Shown one piece after another: positions 45,614 to 54,016 of a stretch of 55,719 nucleotides of DNA. The notes under the pieces are model-generated. The model was not told the DNA's origin, made no database searches, and saw nothing but the letters and a program-made list of their open reading frames with translations. The stretch's first letter is position 1; each line of letters starts with the position of its first letter. Location of the stretch: the IMG/VR virus record IMGVR_UViG_3300006735_004667, positions 1 to 55,719 of that record. The stretch is one strand, 5' to 3'. Origin of the DNA: a virus. Lineage: Duplodnaviria > Caudoviricetes. Made by a program: the position numbers and the translations under genes.

Positions 45614-45835
45614 ATGATTTTAACTAAAAAGAAGTTTACAAATTCAGTCGAACAATTAGTTATTGACAAACATCTTTCATACATAGATGCTATAGTTTAT
45701 TTTTGCCAAGAGAATCACTTAGAACCTGAATCAGTAAAAGGACTTATAACACCACCACTGAAAGAAAAAATCAAAGCTGAAGCTGTTAATTTGAGATTTC
45801 TAAAAGAAGAATCAAAAGCAAAATTGCCAATATAA
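45614..45835 (+). CDS. gp33: Late transcription coactivator (T4 gp33-like)
   Basis: YIDAI...C, LI..PLKEKIKAEA..L.FL...KLPI; synteny. Confidence 0.85.
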   Translation: MILTKKKFTNSVEQLVIDKHLSYIDAIVYFCQENHLEPESVKGLITPPLKEKIKAEAVNLRFLKEESKAKLPI

Positions 45836-45864
45836 TAAAATACAATAAAATACAATAATATAAT

Positions 45865-46128
45865 ATGAAACCACAAAGACAAAAATCTTACCATCAAAGA
45901 AAACACTTCAACAAGAAAAAAAGACATGACGGACCTCCTCCGTTTGATGTAATGCTTAGACAATTCAAAAAGAAATGTGAAAGAAAAGGTATTGTAGCAG
46001 AAGTTAGAGAAAGACAATACTATGAAAAACCCTCTGCAAAAAGACAAAGAAAAAAGAAAGAAGCTATTCGTAGAGAACAAATCAATCAATTAAACAACAA
46101 TATATTTGCTAGACCGAAATACTATTAA
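45865..46128 (+). CDS. rpsU: Ribosomal protein bS21 with basic N-terminal extension
   Basis: [32 protein letters not shown]. Confidence 0.88.
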   Translation: MKPQRQKSYHQRKHFNKKKRHDGPPPFDVMLRQFKKKCERKGIVAEVRERQYYEKPSAKRQRKKKEAIRREQINQLNNNIFARPKYY

Positions 46129-46721
46129 TGACAAGTAGAGAAGGATTCGATGCCTACTGTTTGTACTTAGCTATTAATAATCATTTTAATACAGAGTCTT
46201 ATGACTTCTTTAAGTATAACGGTAAGGTACCTGTAAAACTACCAGCATTTCTAAAAAGAAATGATAAATACCATTTTGCTAAATTAGCTAGAGAACATAG
46301 AGAAGAATTAAAAGATTTTTTAGTAGCTAATCTTTCTAAACAAAAATATTATGTTAAAAATTTATTAGATAACGAATGTATTGAAAATTATAAAGAGTAT
46401 AAAAAGAAGAAACAAAAACTGTCATATTGTGTCATACAAGATATGAGATACTTAAAAGATGCTTATGAAGATATTAATATTGTTTTAGAATGTGAGAATG
46501 GTCAACACCCACCATTATTAAGAGAATATTTAGGTAAGAAGATTGAAGCAGAAACATTTATATACTTTGATTATATGTTTGGTATCTTTACAGATTATGA
46601 TGAACGAATACAAGAACAATTTATTTGGCCAAAAGAAAAAAACAAATTAATTAAATTAAAACCATTTGTAGAATTAAGTAGATTACAATTAAGAAAAGAA
46701 GTAAGAGAAGTATGGGTGTAG
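46128..46721 (+). CDS. gp59: Helicase loader (T4 gp59-like)
   Basis: YLA...HF....YDFFKYNGK, R.DKY.F.KL, GQHPPLL; synteny. Confidence 0.85.
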   Translation: MTSREGFDAYCLYLAINNHFNTESYDFFKYNGKVPVKLPAFLKRNDKYHFAKLAREHREELKDFLVANLSKQKYYVKNLLDNECIENYKEYKKKKQKLSYCVIQDMRYLKDAYEDINIVLECENGQHPPLLREYLGKKIEAETFIYFDYMFGIFTDYDERIQEQFIWPKEKNKLIKLKPFVELSRLQLRKEVREVWV

Positions 46722-47440
46722 CTTATATTATAGGAAATGGTCCTTCAAGAAAAGGATTAAATTTAGATTCTTTAGAAGGAACTACATTTGGTTGTAATGC
46801 TTTGTTTAGAGATTATAGTCCTGATTATTTAATTTCAGGAGATTCTACTATCATCAAAGAAATTTGTGAATCAGAATATCCTAAAGATAATAAATGTATC
46901 TTTCCTGATTTTGACCCTATACCTAAAGACATGAAAGATATTGTTCTTTCATCTTTTGATAAATCAGTATACACTATCAAAGAATCAGATTTAGATAGAT
47001 GGAATGAATGTTGGATATTTGGACTTCAAGATGATATATCTGATATCATGGAAGTTCATGTTATCGGTGTTGATTCACAATGGAAAATACAGAACATGAA
47101 AGGTACAGAAGAAGACCCTAGATTTAGTGTTAACTTCTTTGCAGGAAGTCAAGCTATGGCTCAGGCTTCTATTATGGATTTTGATGAAGTGTGTCTTGTT
47201 GGTTTCGATTCAATATGGAACTTTCAAAACGACACTTATCAGAATATCTATGCTGGTACTAATGCCTATAAAAGAGAGAAAGAAACTTCTCGCTTGAGGG
47301 TTGGTACTGATAATCCTAACTCACTATTAGGAACTCAAGAAGCACAGATAAAAAAAGTGATTGACAAATTTCAAAATGTCAATTATACTATATACAATAA
47401 CGGAAATAAAAAACCGTTAACATACGATAGTTTTATATAA
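46712..47440 (+). CDS. Hypothetical Rossmann-like protein (DUF115/MptE-like)
   Basis: IIGNGPSR, GCNALFRD, LVGFD. Confidence 0.5.
   Translation: MGVAYIIGNGPSRKGLNLDSLEGTTFGCNALFRDYSPDYLISGDSTIIKEICESEYPKDNKCIFPDFDPIPKDMKDIVLSSFDKSVYTIKESDLDRWNECWIFGLQDDISDIMEVHVIGVDSQWKIQNMKGTEEDPRFSVNFFAGSQAMAQASIMDFDEVCLVGFDSIWNFQNDTYQNIYAGTNAYKREKETSRLRVGTDNPNSLLGTQEAQIKKVIDKFQNVNYTIYNNGNKKPLTYDSFI
47361..47389 (+). promoter_or_regulatory. sigma70-like promoter for gp32
   Basis: TTGACA-17-TATACT, followed by an AT-rich unstructured leader. Confidence 0.65.
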
Positions 47441-47496
47441 TGAATAAAGTGGATAAAATAATATAATAATAAAATTGAAATACAAGGAGAAATACA

Positions 47497-48402
47497 ATGT
47501 CATTCAATGAATTAAAAAGAAGTCGCGGTGGCTTCGATAAACTTCAAACCGCTTTAGAGGCTGAAACCTCTGAAAAAAAATCCTACGGAGACGACAGATA
47601 TTGGAAACCAGAATTAGATAAGTCTGGTAATGGATATGCTGTTCTTCGTTTTCTACCAGCATCACATGGAGAAGAACTTCCATGGATTCAATATTGGGAC
47701 CATGGTTTTCAAGGACCAGGTGGTTGGTTAATTGAGAAGTCTTTAACGACACTTAATCAAAACTGTCCGATAAGTGAGTATAATACTCAACTATGGAATA
47801 GTGGTGATGAAGCTCAAAAAGACCAAGCAAGAAAACAAAAAAGAAGATTACATTATGTAAGTAATGTTCTTGTTGTTTCAGACCCAACTCATCCTGAGAA
47901 TGAAGGTAAAGTAATGCTTTATCGTTTTGGTAAAAAAATCTTTGAGAAAGTTAAAGATGTAATGCAACCACAATTTGAAGATGAAAGTCCTATCAATCCT
48001 TTTGATATGTGGGAAGGTGCTGACTTTAAACTTAAAGTTAGAAAAGTAGATGGATATTGGAACTATGATAAATCAGAGTTTGCAACTCCAGCTCCAATCT
48101 CGGAAGATGATTCTGTTATGGAAGGTATCTATAACAAACAACATTCTTTAGCAGAACTAATTGCAGCAGACCAATTCAAATCTTATGATGATTTGAAAGC
48201 TCAATTAGATAGAGCTCTAGGGTTATCTGGTTCTGAAGCACCAACATCAACAGCTGAAACAATAGCAGAAGACAACACTAGTGGTCAGACAGCTACTGCA
48301 GAAGCTCAACCTTGGGCAGACACACCAACACCTGTAAGTAATTCAACAGACTCAAGTGATTCTACTATGAGTTATTTTGAAAAACTTGCAAATGACCAGT
48401 AA
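47497..48402 (+). CDS. gp32: Single-stranded DNA-binding protein (T4 gp32-like)
   Basis: DDRYWK, GNGYAVLRFLP, HGFQGPGGW, NYDKSEF, acidic tail SYFEKLA. Confidence 0.96.
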   Translation: MSFNELKRSRGGFDKLQTALEAETSEKKSYGDDRYWKPELDKSGNGYAVLRFLPASHGEELPWIQYWDHGFQGPGGWLIEKSLTTLNQNCPISEYNTQLWNSGDEAQKDQARKQKRRLHYVSNVLVVSDPTHPENEGKVMLYRFGKKIFEKVKDVMQPQFEDESPINPFDMWEGADFKLKVRKVDGYWNYDKSEFATPAPISEDDSVMEGIYNKQHSLAELIAADQFKSYDDLKAQLDRALGLSGSEAPTSTAETIAEDNTSGQTATAEAQPWADTPTPVSNSTDSSDSTMSYFEKLANDQ

Positions 48403-48416
48403 TAAAGTTATAAATA

Positions 48417-48590
48417 TTATAACTTAATTCAAAGTTATGGGATTGACCTTCGTGTCAGGTCATGAGTCTTCATAGCTAGACTATAGAAGACGGGACGGTT
48501 AAGATTGGGGAATCTTAATATTCAATGAGGAAAGATATCTATGCGGCAGGAGATATCAGAATTAACAGCGGGAAGCGGGGCTAGTTTTTT
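48417..48590 (+). ncRNA. Candidate multi-helix ncRNA downstream of a late promoter
   Basis: TATAAATA 48409-48416; four hairpins enclosed by TTAATTC/GAATTAA; U-tract at the end. Confidence 0.5.
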
Positions 48591-48600
48591 CAACTTACGA

Positions 48601-50238
48601 TTAATTTGTGGTATCAAAGACTTTAGTGTTCTGGTCTGTACCATTTTGACTAGTAATACCACTATTAGCTGCAATGATTTGATTATTGTAGTAATTCATA
48701 TTTTGTAAACTATTTCCATAACCTATAGCTGCATCAGGATTTGCATATCTTGGGTCGGCATCAAAATTCACAAAACTTGACCGGTTTTCATATTGAGCTT
48801 GAAATAATTCTTGTTGAGCTTGATTAAAAGCGTTCCTTTGTGCTACTAATGATTTTAATTCCTCACCTTCTAATACTCTACCACCAACACCCTTTCCTTT
48901 ATCTAATCTTTCTTTTACAATACTCTCAATAGCTCTTCTATCTTTTAAACTTATATCATCACCTTCTTCTCTTAATAAAGCTAATAACTGAGAAGTGGTT
49001 GCATTATCTTTAAGCCAATCTTCATTAATACTTGAAAGACCGAAAAAGTTTTTATTGAAACCTAATTCTTCGGTATCTCTCTTTACACCATCTTCACCTT
49101 TAACTTTATTTCTACCAAAGAAAGTTTCTTGAGTTTGAATACCACCTGTTTTTATTCCTGTTTTTTCGTCTACTACTTCACCTTGAATTTCTTTTCTATC
49201 AAGTTCATTCTTAGCAGCAAAGCCAAGGTACTCCATTAATTTATTCCAATTATTATAAATCAAATATGCAGCTGCAGCTATAGCAGCTAGACCTGCAATT
49301 ATCAAAAGAGCTTTCGCACCCATTAGTATCATGAAGGTCATTAATCTCAAGTATAATTTTCTAAAAAGGCTCCCAATTTTACTGACTATTTTAGTCATAC
49401 CTTTTCTAAATGAACCTCTCCTTCTTCCACCTTCGATTCGTTTACTTTTATCAATCGTCTTAAGAGCTTGTTTATTTCTAAAACCAATTTTCTTTCTAGA
49501 CATAATGTTGCTATCTTTGTCTAGAATAGTCTTACCATCATAAGTTAACCCTTTTTTCTCAAGCCTTCTTTTAGCTGCTCCCAATTTTTTTTCTTCTTTT
49601 CTAGATAACTTACTGTCATTCTTCAAGAACTTTATTAACGAGCCAATCCTATTAAAAATGAAACCACCTACAGTAAATAGTGCTGTTTTGAGTATATTAA
49701 ATCCTGGGACTTGTTGAAGAGCGTTTAAAGAACCTAACATAATAGAGAAGTCACCTTTAACAGCATCCATGAAATTACTAAGACCTGAATTATTATCAAA
49801 AGCTTGTTTGACTCTTTCTCTAAAAACACTTATTGATTCTTCAAACCCTGCTGCAGCTATTTCTATAAATTCTTTATTAGTTTGTCTTAATCTTTCTAAA
49901 ACAGATATAGTTTTTTCTTGTTTTTCTTCACCAGCAAGTTTTCCTTTACCTTCCCCTGGTGTAGTTTTTACTAGTTTTGTTATTTGTTTATCACTATTTC
50001 TAGCAACAATAGCTGCATCTCTAGTTAATTGAACTTCTGCTCCTTGTAGTCTTCTATTATATTGGTCTCTTTTAACTTCTTTTTCAGCTTCTTTATTATC
50101 TGTTCTTTCTTTTTTTAAGTCATCTGTTTTTTCATGGTCTATTAATGATTGAATTTTTTCACCAACTTTATCCACATGAGTAGCGAGTGCTTTCGTGGCA
50201 TTGACTATAGGATTATTATTACCTGTTTCTTCAACCAT
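48601..50238 (-). CDS. Putative tape-measure / baseplate hub protein (gp29-like)
   Basis: 545 aa, helical with hydrophobic segments, downstream of gp26/gp51. Confidence 0.5.
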   Translation of the reverse strand: MVEETGNNNPIVNATKALATHVDKVGEKIQSLIDHEKTDDLKKERTDNKEAEKEVKRDQYNRRLQGAEVQLTRDAAIVARNSDKQITKLVKTTPGEGKGKLAGEEKQEKTISVLERLRQTNKEFIEIAAAGFEESISVFRERVKQAFDNNSGLSNFMDAVKGDFSIMLGSLNALQQVPGFNILKTALFTVGGFIFNRIGSLIKFLKNDSKLSRKEEKKLGAAKRRLEKKGLTYDGKTILDKDSNIMSRKKIGFRNKQALKTIDKSKRIEGGRRRGSFRKGMTKIVSKIGSLFRKLYLRLMTFMILMGAKALLIIAGLAAIAAAAYLIYNNWNKLMEYLGFAAKNELDRKEIQGEVVDEKTGIKTGGIQTQETFFGRNKVKGEDGVKRDTEELGFNKNFFGLSSINEDWLKDNATTSQLLALLREEGDDISLKDRRAIESIVKERLDKGKGVGGRVLEGEELKSLVAQRNAFNQAQQELFQAQYENRSSFVNFDADPRYANPDAAIGYGNSLQNMNYYNNQIIAANSGITSQNGTDQNTKVFDTTN

Positions 50239-50245
50239 TTAGATA

Positions 50246-50623
50246 TTATTTCTTTGCGTTTGTGTCGTGTTCTTTAGCTGCACTGTTAACATATAAACCA
50301 AACCATGCTGCTCCTGCACCAACTAGAATACTAATAAGACCTGATTGTTCCATTGAAGGGTCAGGTAAATCTAGGAACCACATAACTACCCAATAGATTA
50401 AAAATATGTAAACACTTAAAAATGCTCTTGGCCATATTCTCCATGCATCAACTGTTCTAGCTAAGTGAACCCATTTTTGCCAAGGGTTAACTGTATCGTT
50501 TGCTTTTAAATCTCTTATCTCATCTTTAAGGGCACCATTCTCTTGAATCATTTCCATAAACTTTGATAAGTCCATCTCCACTTCGTTTCGTGACATATCG
50601 CCACTAAATCTTTCGTCTGCCAT
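50246..50623 (-). CDS. Two-TM membrane protein (holin-like candidate)
   Basis: DAWRIWPR plus two hydrophobic helices; SD GAGG. Confidence 0.55.
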   Translation of the reverse strand: MADERFSGDMSRNEVEMDLSKFMEMIQENGALKDEIRDLKANDTVNPWQKWVHLARTVDAWRIWPRAFLSVYIFLIYWVVMWFLDLPDPSMEQSGLISILVGAGAAWFGLYVNSAAKEHDTNAKK

Positions 50624-50637
50624 TTTTATTTACCTCT

Positions 50638-50841
50638 TTATTTACGATATTTAGCCATTTGGGCTTTTTCGTGTTTTTCTTTTTCTCTTAAATGTTTTAT
50701 CAACAGTTGAATGAAAACTTCCCTCTCCCAAGGTATCATTCTATCTATATCATACATAGAGTATTTATGTTCTTGAAGTAGATAGAAATTAGTATTTGTG
50801 TAATTATATAAAGTTTCATGGGAGAGGCCTATACGAAAAAA
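50638..50841 (-). CDS. gp51: gp51-like baseplate hub assembly frame, probably reached by -1 frameshift
   Basis: LSHE.L.NY..TNF.L.QEHKYS..DID.MIPWERE; no ATG before the conserved N-terminal part. Confidence 0.75.
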   Translation of the reverse strand, partial: FFRIGLSHETLYNYTNTNFYLLQEHKYSMYDIDRMIPWEREVFIQLLIKHLREKEKHEKAQMAKYRK

Positions 50842-51563
50842 TTTTCGATACCCTCAATTAATATTTTGTTCTCATGTTCACATTTAGTACATTTATATTC
50901 AGCTGGTACAACCATTTTAGGTTGATGTTGAACATATGCTAATATATTTTCTAACATATCTAAAGTCATACCTTCTAAAAACTTATCTAGTTCTTCACTA
51001 GTAAAATCATCTCTAGTCATAACTTCATCACCATTGATAATTTTATCAACCATTCTATTTAATATAGCAAACATGACTTCAGGATTTTCCATATCTTCAT
51101 CATCACCATCTTCTATATTAAATTTTTTGTTTATTGATGCTAATTCATTAAGAGAAGGTAATCTTAATTCAATAGAGATTGTATCAGTAAGTTTTTGAAT
51201 TTTATTTACTACTTTTTTAGGTGGTAATAATTCGTATTTTTCATAGTCAATAGATACATGGTTTTCTTCTTCACAATTTTCACATTGTAATCCTATATCT
51301 GTAGTTTCACCAACTGATACTATACGAAGTCTTATAAATAAAAATTCTAAATCAGTTTGATGTAAAGTTTGAACATTAACATTTTCTGTACAAGATTCTA
51401 CAAGTCTAAAAATTTCTTTTAGTTTATTTTCTTGGTCATCACCTTCTTGTGCTATTAGCAATGCCTTTTGTTCACCCACTAAAAAAGGTCTGTATCTAAT
51501 TTCATCACCACTAATTGGTAATGAAGTTGTATACATAGGGGTTTCTATTGTTGGTAAGCTCAT
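50829..51563 (-). CDS. gp26: Baseplate hub assembly chaperone (gp26-like)
   Basis: MSLP.I.TP.Y, YRPFLV.EQK.LL, D.E.LF..LR..SVGE, two CxxC, ends GIENFF; late promoter 51591-51598. Confidence 0.85.
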   Translation of the reverse strand: MSLPTIETPMYTTSLPISGDEIRYRPFLVGEQKALLIAQEGDDQENKLKEIFRLVESCTENVNVQTLHQTDLEFLFIRLRIVSVGETTDIGLQCENCEEENHVSIDYEKYELLPPKKVVNKIQKLTDTISIELRLPSLNELASINKKFNIEDGDDEDMENPEVMFAILNRMVDKIINGDEVMTRDDFTSEELDKFLEGMTLDMLENILAYVQHQPKMVVPAEYKCTKCEHENKILIEGIENFFV

Positions 51564-51599
51564 AATTTATTCCTCATTATATTATGTAATTATTTATAT

Positions 51600-52259
51600 T
51601 TAAAATATATCGTCAATTTTATCTGATAATTTAGTAGTAAGTTTATTGGTGACTTTATCAAGTTTTCTATCTATTTTAGAATTAAGTTTTCTACTAAACT
51701 TATTGAATAGACTACCAAGTAAACCTTGTGGTGTATTTTCAAAAGCTGAACTCCATCTTCTAAATGCAAATGAACAAGTAAATGTTTGTATACCTGTACT
51801 TCCTGCATCTAGAGTTTGTGCTGCTATCGCTTGAGGGTACGCTTCTTGTAATTTAACTGAATATATTACTGTACCATCTGCTGCTAGTTGTTCTATCTCA
51901 ATTTCACCTATATAATCATCATAGTATCTATAATAATACGCATCATCAAAAATATATTGTTGCCATAATTCTATTTTTTGTTTATCTTCAAAAGTAGTAT
52001 CACATACAAAAGTCATTTGAACTAGACCACCTTCATAATCTATACCACTAACTCTATTAGCTTTTGGACCACCATGATATTCACTATGAGGTGTTGTTAT
52101 AAAACTTCTACCAGGTATTGATATATTAGTACATCTAATACCTCTAGAACTCAAAGACCCATCTGCAAGACCTATTGGTCCTGATATGTGAACATTAAAA
52201 TTATTTGTACGGGTCATATTATCAATATTACCCATAAATCTGTTTATATTAAAACTCAT
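51600..52259 (-). CDS. Tail tube-like / baseplate tube initiator (gp54/gp19-like)
   Basis: C....IPG, TF.CD, W...I, Y..DY, L.EAYP, F.FR.W. Confidence 0.65.
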   Translation of the reverse strand: MSFNINRFMGNIDNMTRTNNFNVHISGPIGLADGSLSSRGIRCTNISIPGRSFITTPHSEYHGGPKANRVSGIDYEGGLVQMTFVCDTTFEDKQKIELWQQYIFDDAYYYRYYDDYIGEIEIEQLAADGTVIYSVKLQEAYPQAIAAQTLDAGSTGIQTFTCSFAFRRWSSAFENTPQGLLGSLFNKFSRKLNSKIDRKLDKVTNKLTTKLSDKIDDIF

Positions 52260-52837
52260 TGAAACATCTTCCTACTTTCTTTCCATACTGTTGCTTTACT
52301 CTTTCTGATAAATTGTTCTGTTGGTAAAAATATAGCTATCTCCCAATCCTGTGGTTCTATTAACAATAATTTAGTTTTTATATGTTCTGATAAATAATGT
52401 TTAAAACACGGTTTGTAAAATCTATATTTTTTAGCTCCTTGCATCAATTTATAAGTTAATCTGAATTTAGTTGATGTATCAAATTGATTATTATTTGTTA
52501 TATCAAGTAAAGCATCTAAAAATTGAGCTCTCCAATTCGGAGCTATATAATGTAAATTCATACCATGAAACCCACCTTTAGCTGGTTGAACCGGTATCAC
52601 TAAAGGGAATCTATCATAGTATGGTAATGTCTTTTTATTCTTTGGGTCGTATTGAAAATTATACATCATCCCAAATATTTTACGAACTCTAGTTGGTCCG
52701 TCTTTAATTAAAGCTGGTCGGGAGACCGACATAGTACTAACTTGGTCTTGAAACCAATTCATTGAAGCTTTTGTTCTAGCTTGTATTCCAGCTCTGAACG
52801 CTTCTTGTTCTAATTTATCAAATAGTCTCCCAGCCAT
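52256..52837 (-). CDS. gp2: DNA end protector (T4 gp2-like)
   Basis: YDPK.K..LPYYDRFPL, G.NLHY, KPCFKHYL, W..A.FLP. Confidence 0.9.
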   Translation of the reverse strand: MAGRLFDKLEQEAFRAGIQARTKASMNWFQDQVSTMSVSRPALIKDGPTRVRKIFGMMYNFQYDPKNKKTLPYYDRFPLVIPVQPAKGGFHGMNLHYIAPNWRAQFLDALLDITNNNQFDTSTKFRLTYKLMQGAKKYRFYKPCFKHYLSEHIKTKLLLIEPQDWEIAIFLPTEQFIRKSKATVWKESRKMFQ

Positions 52838-52845
52838 TTGTTATC

Positions 52846-53451
52846 CTAAAATTTTGTTGTAAAGTGTAATGATACTGCATCACCTAAGTCAACATCACTA
52901 TCTCTTATATCACTTTGGACTAATACTCCAATGCTCATTGAATCTGATAATGAATATTCTATGTTTACACTTTTATCTAAAACACCATCATAGTCTCCAT
53001 AGTGTAATGTTACATCAGCAAAATTAAGAAAAGGAAGGTTTAAATCTACCCATTCATAATCAGGTGCTAAATCTTGACCATAGAACTTACCAACTTTAAT
53101 TGGACCATATCCTACAGACATATACTTTTCTTCAAAGTTTTTAGTACTGTCATCATACCTATAAGCTGCATAACCTAAATTCATATTAAATTTATTCTTA
53201 ACAACACTATATCCACCATAAAGGTCTGTTTCAACCTTTGCGTCATCATTAAAATCAACATTCATTGCACAACCACCAACATAAAAACCTTTTCCTATGT
53301 TTTGGTCTAGACATGCCCATATTGAAGGGTTACCATCAGTTTGTGATACACCTCTCCACATATAATCAGAACTCACACCATATGAGCCAGTCATTGCAAA
53401 TCCAGGGATGCTTAGAAACACACCTGCTAATAATACTAATAATTTATTCAT
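52846..53451 (-). CDS. TorF/Gcw_chp-like putative outer-membrane beta-barrel
   Basis: Signal peptide, SDYMWRGVSQT, E.DLYGGY, C-terminal Phe; late promoter 53508-53515. Confidence 0.75.
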   Translation of the reverse strand: MNKLLVLLAGVFLSIPGFAMTGSYGVSSDYMWRGVSQTDGNPSIWACLDQNIGKGFYVGGCAMNVDFNDDAKVETDLYGGYSVVKNKFNMNLGYAAYRYDDSTKNFEEKYMSVGYGPIKVGKFYGQDLAPDYEWVDLNLPFLNFADVTLHYGDYDGVLDKSVNIEYSLSDSMSIGVLVQSDIRDSDVDLGDAVSLHFTTKF

Positions 53452-53519
53452 ATATTTCTCCTATATTATTTTGTATTAAACATTATATAATTCATAATGT
53501 AATAAAGTATTTATATCAC

Positions 53520-53975
53520 TTAATAGATGTTAATGTCCTTTTCTGTTAAGATTCTCCATTTCCATTTTCTATCTTTACAATACTTCATAGCTGAGTTCCA
53601 TTTAGCATCATTGACTATATAAGTTTGTACTTCTTTAAGATATCGTTTAGATGTTCTACCTGTTTTAGTAAGTTTTCGTTTTGGGTTGGGCGGAGAACAT
53701 TGAGAGTGAGGTTTTACTTCTATTAGTTCTTCTACTATCATTCCATTTGTTGTTCTGTACTTGATATAGAAGTCTGGAAAGTATCTGTGCACACGATTAT
53801 CTACCGGTGAGACATATGGTATTATTATTTCCTCAGATTGCCATTGAAGTATAGAAGGATTGTTGTCTAGATAAGTCATAAATCTTCGCTCTAATAAAGA
53901 ACGATAAATAATATTACTAGGGTTACCTTTATACTTATTTGGATTCTTTGGACGAAACTTTCCTTTATAAGACAT
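53520..53975 (-). CDS. gp4: Head completion nuclease (T4 gp4-like)
   Basis: YKGK..P.NP.KY.G, YRSL.ER, HRYFPDF, IEVKP, N.AKW, ILTE. Confidence 0.93.
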   Translation of the reverse strand: MSYKGKFRPKNPNKYKGNPSNIIYRSLLERRFMTYLDNNPSILQWQSEEIIIPYVSPVDNRVHRYFPDFYIKYRTTNGMIVEELIEVKPHSQCSPPNPKRKLTKTGRTSKRYLKEVQTYIVNDAKWNSAMKYCKDRKWKWRILTEKDINIY

Positions 53976-53997
53976 AAATAACTATATAGTATTTATA
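53973..53997. promoter_or_regulatory. Overlapping divergent late promoters
   Basis: CATAAATA (+, 53973-53980) and TATAAATA (-, 53990-53997). Confidence 0.6.
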
Positions 53998-54016
53998 ATA
54001 CAATAGGATAATTATA

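Noticed and set aside
45835-45864. AATAAAATAC tandem repeat before rpsU
   Set aside because: Two low-complexity copies; plausibly just an A-rich leader.
48527-48585. RNase P-like GAGGAAAG in the ncRNA candidate
   Set aside because: Lacks GUCC and the complementary P4 strand; too short.
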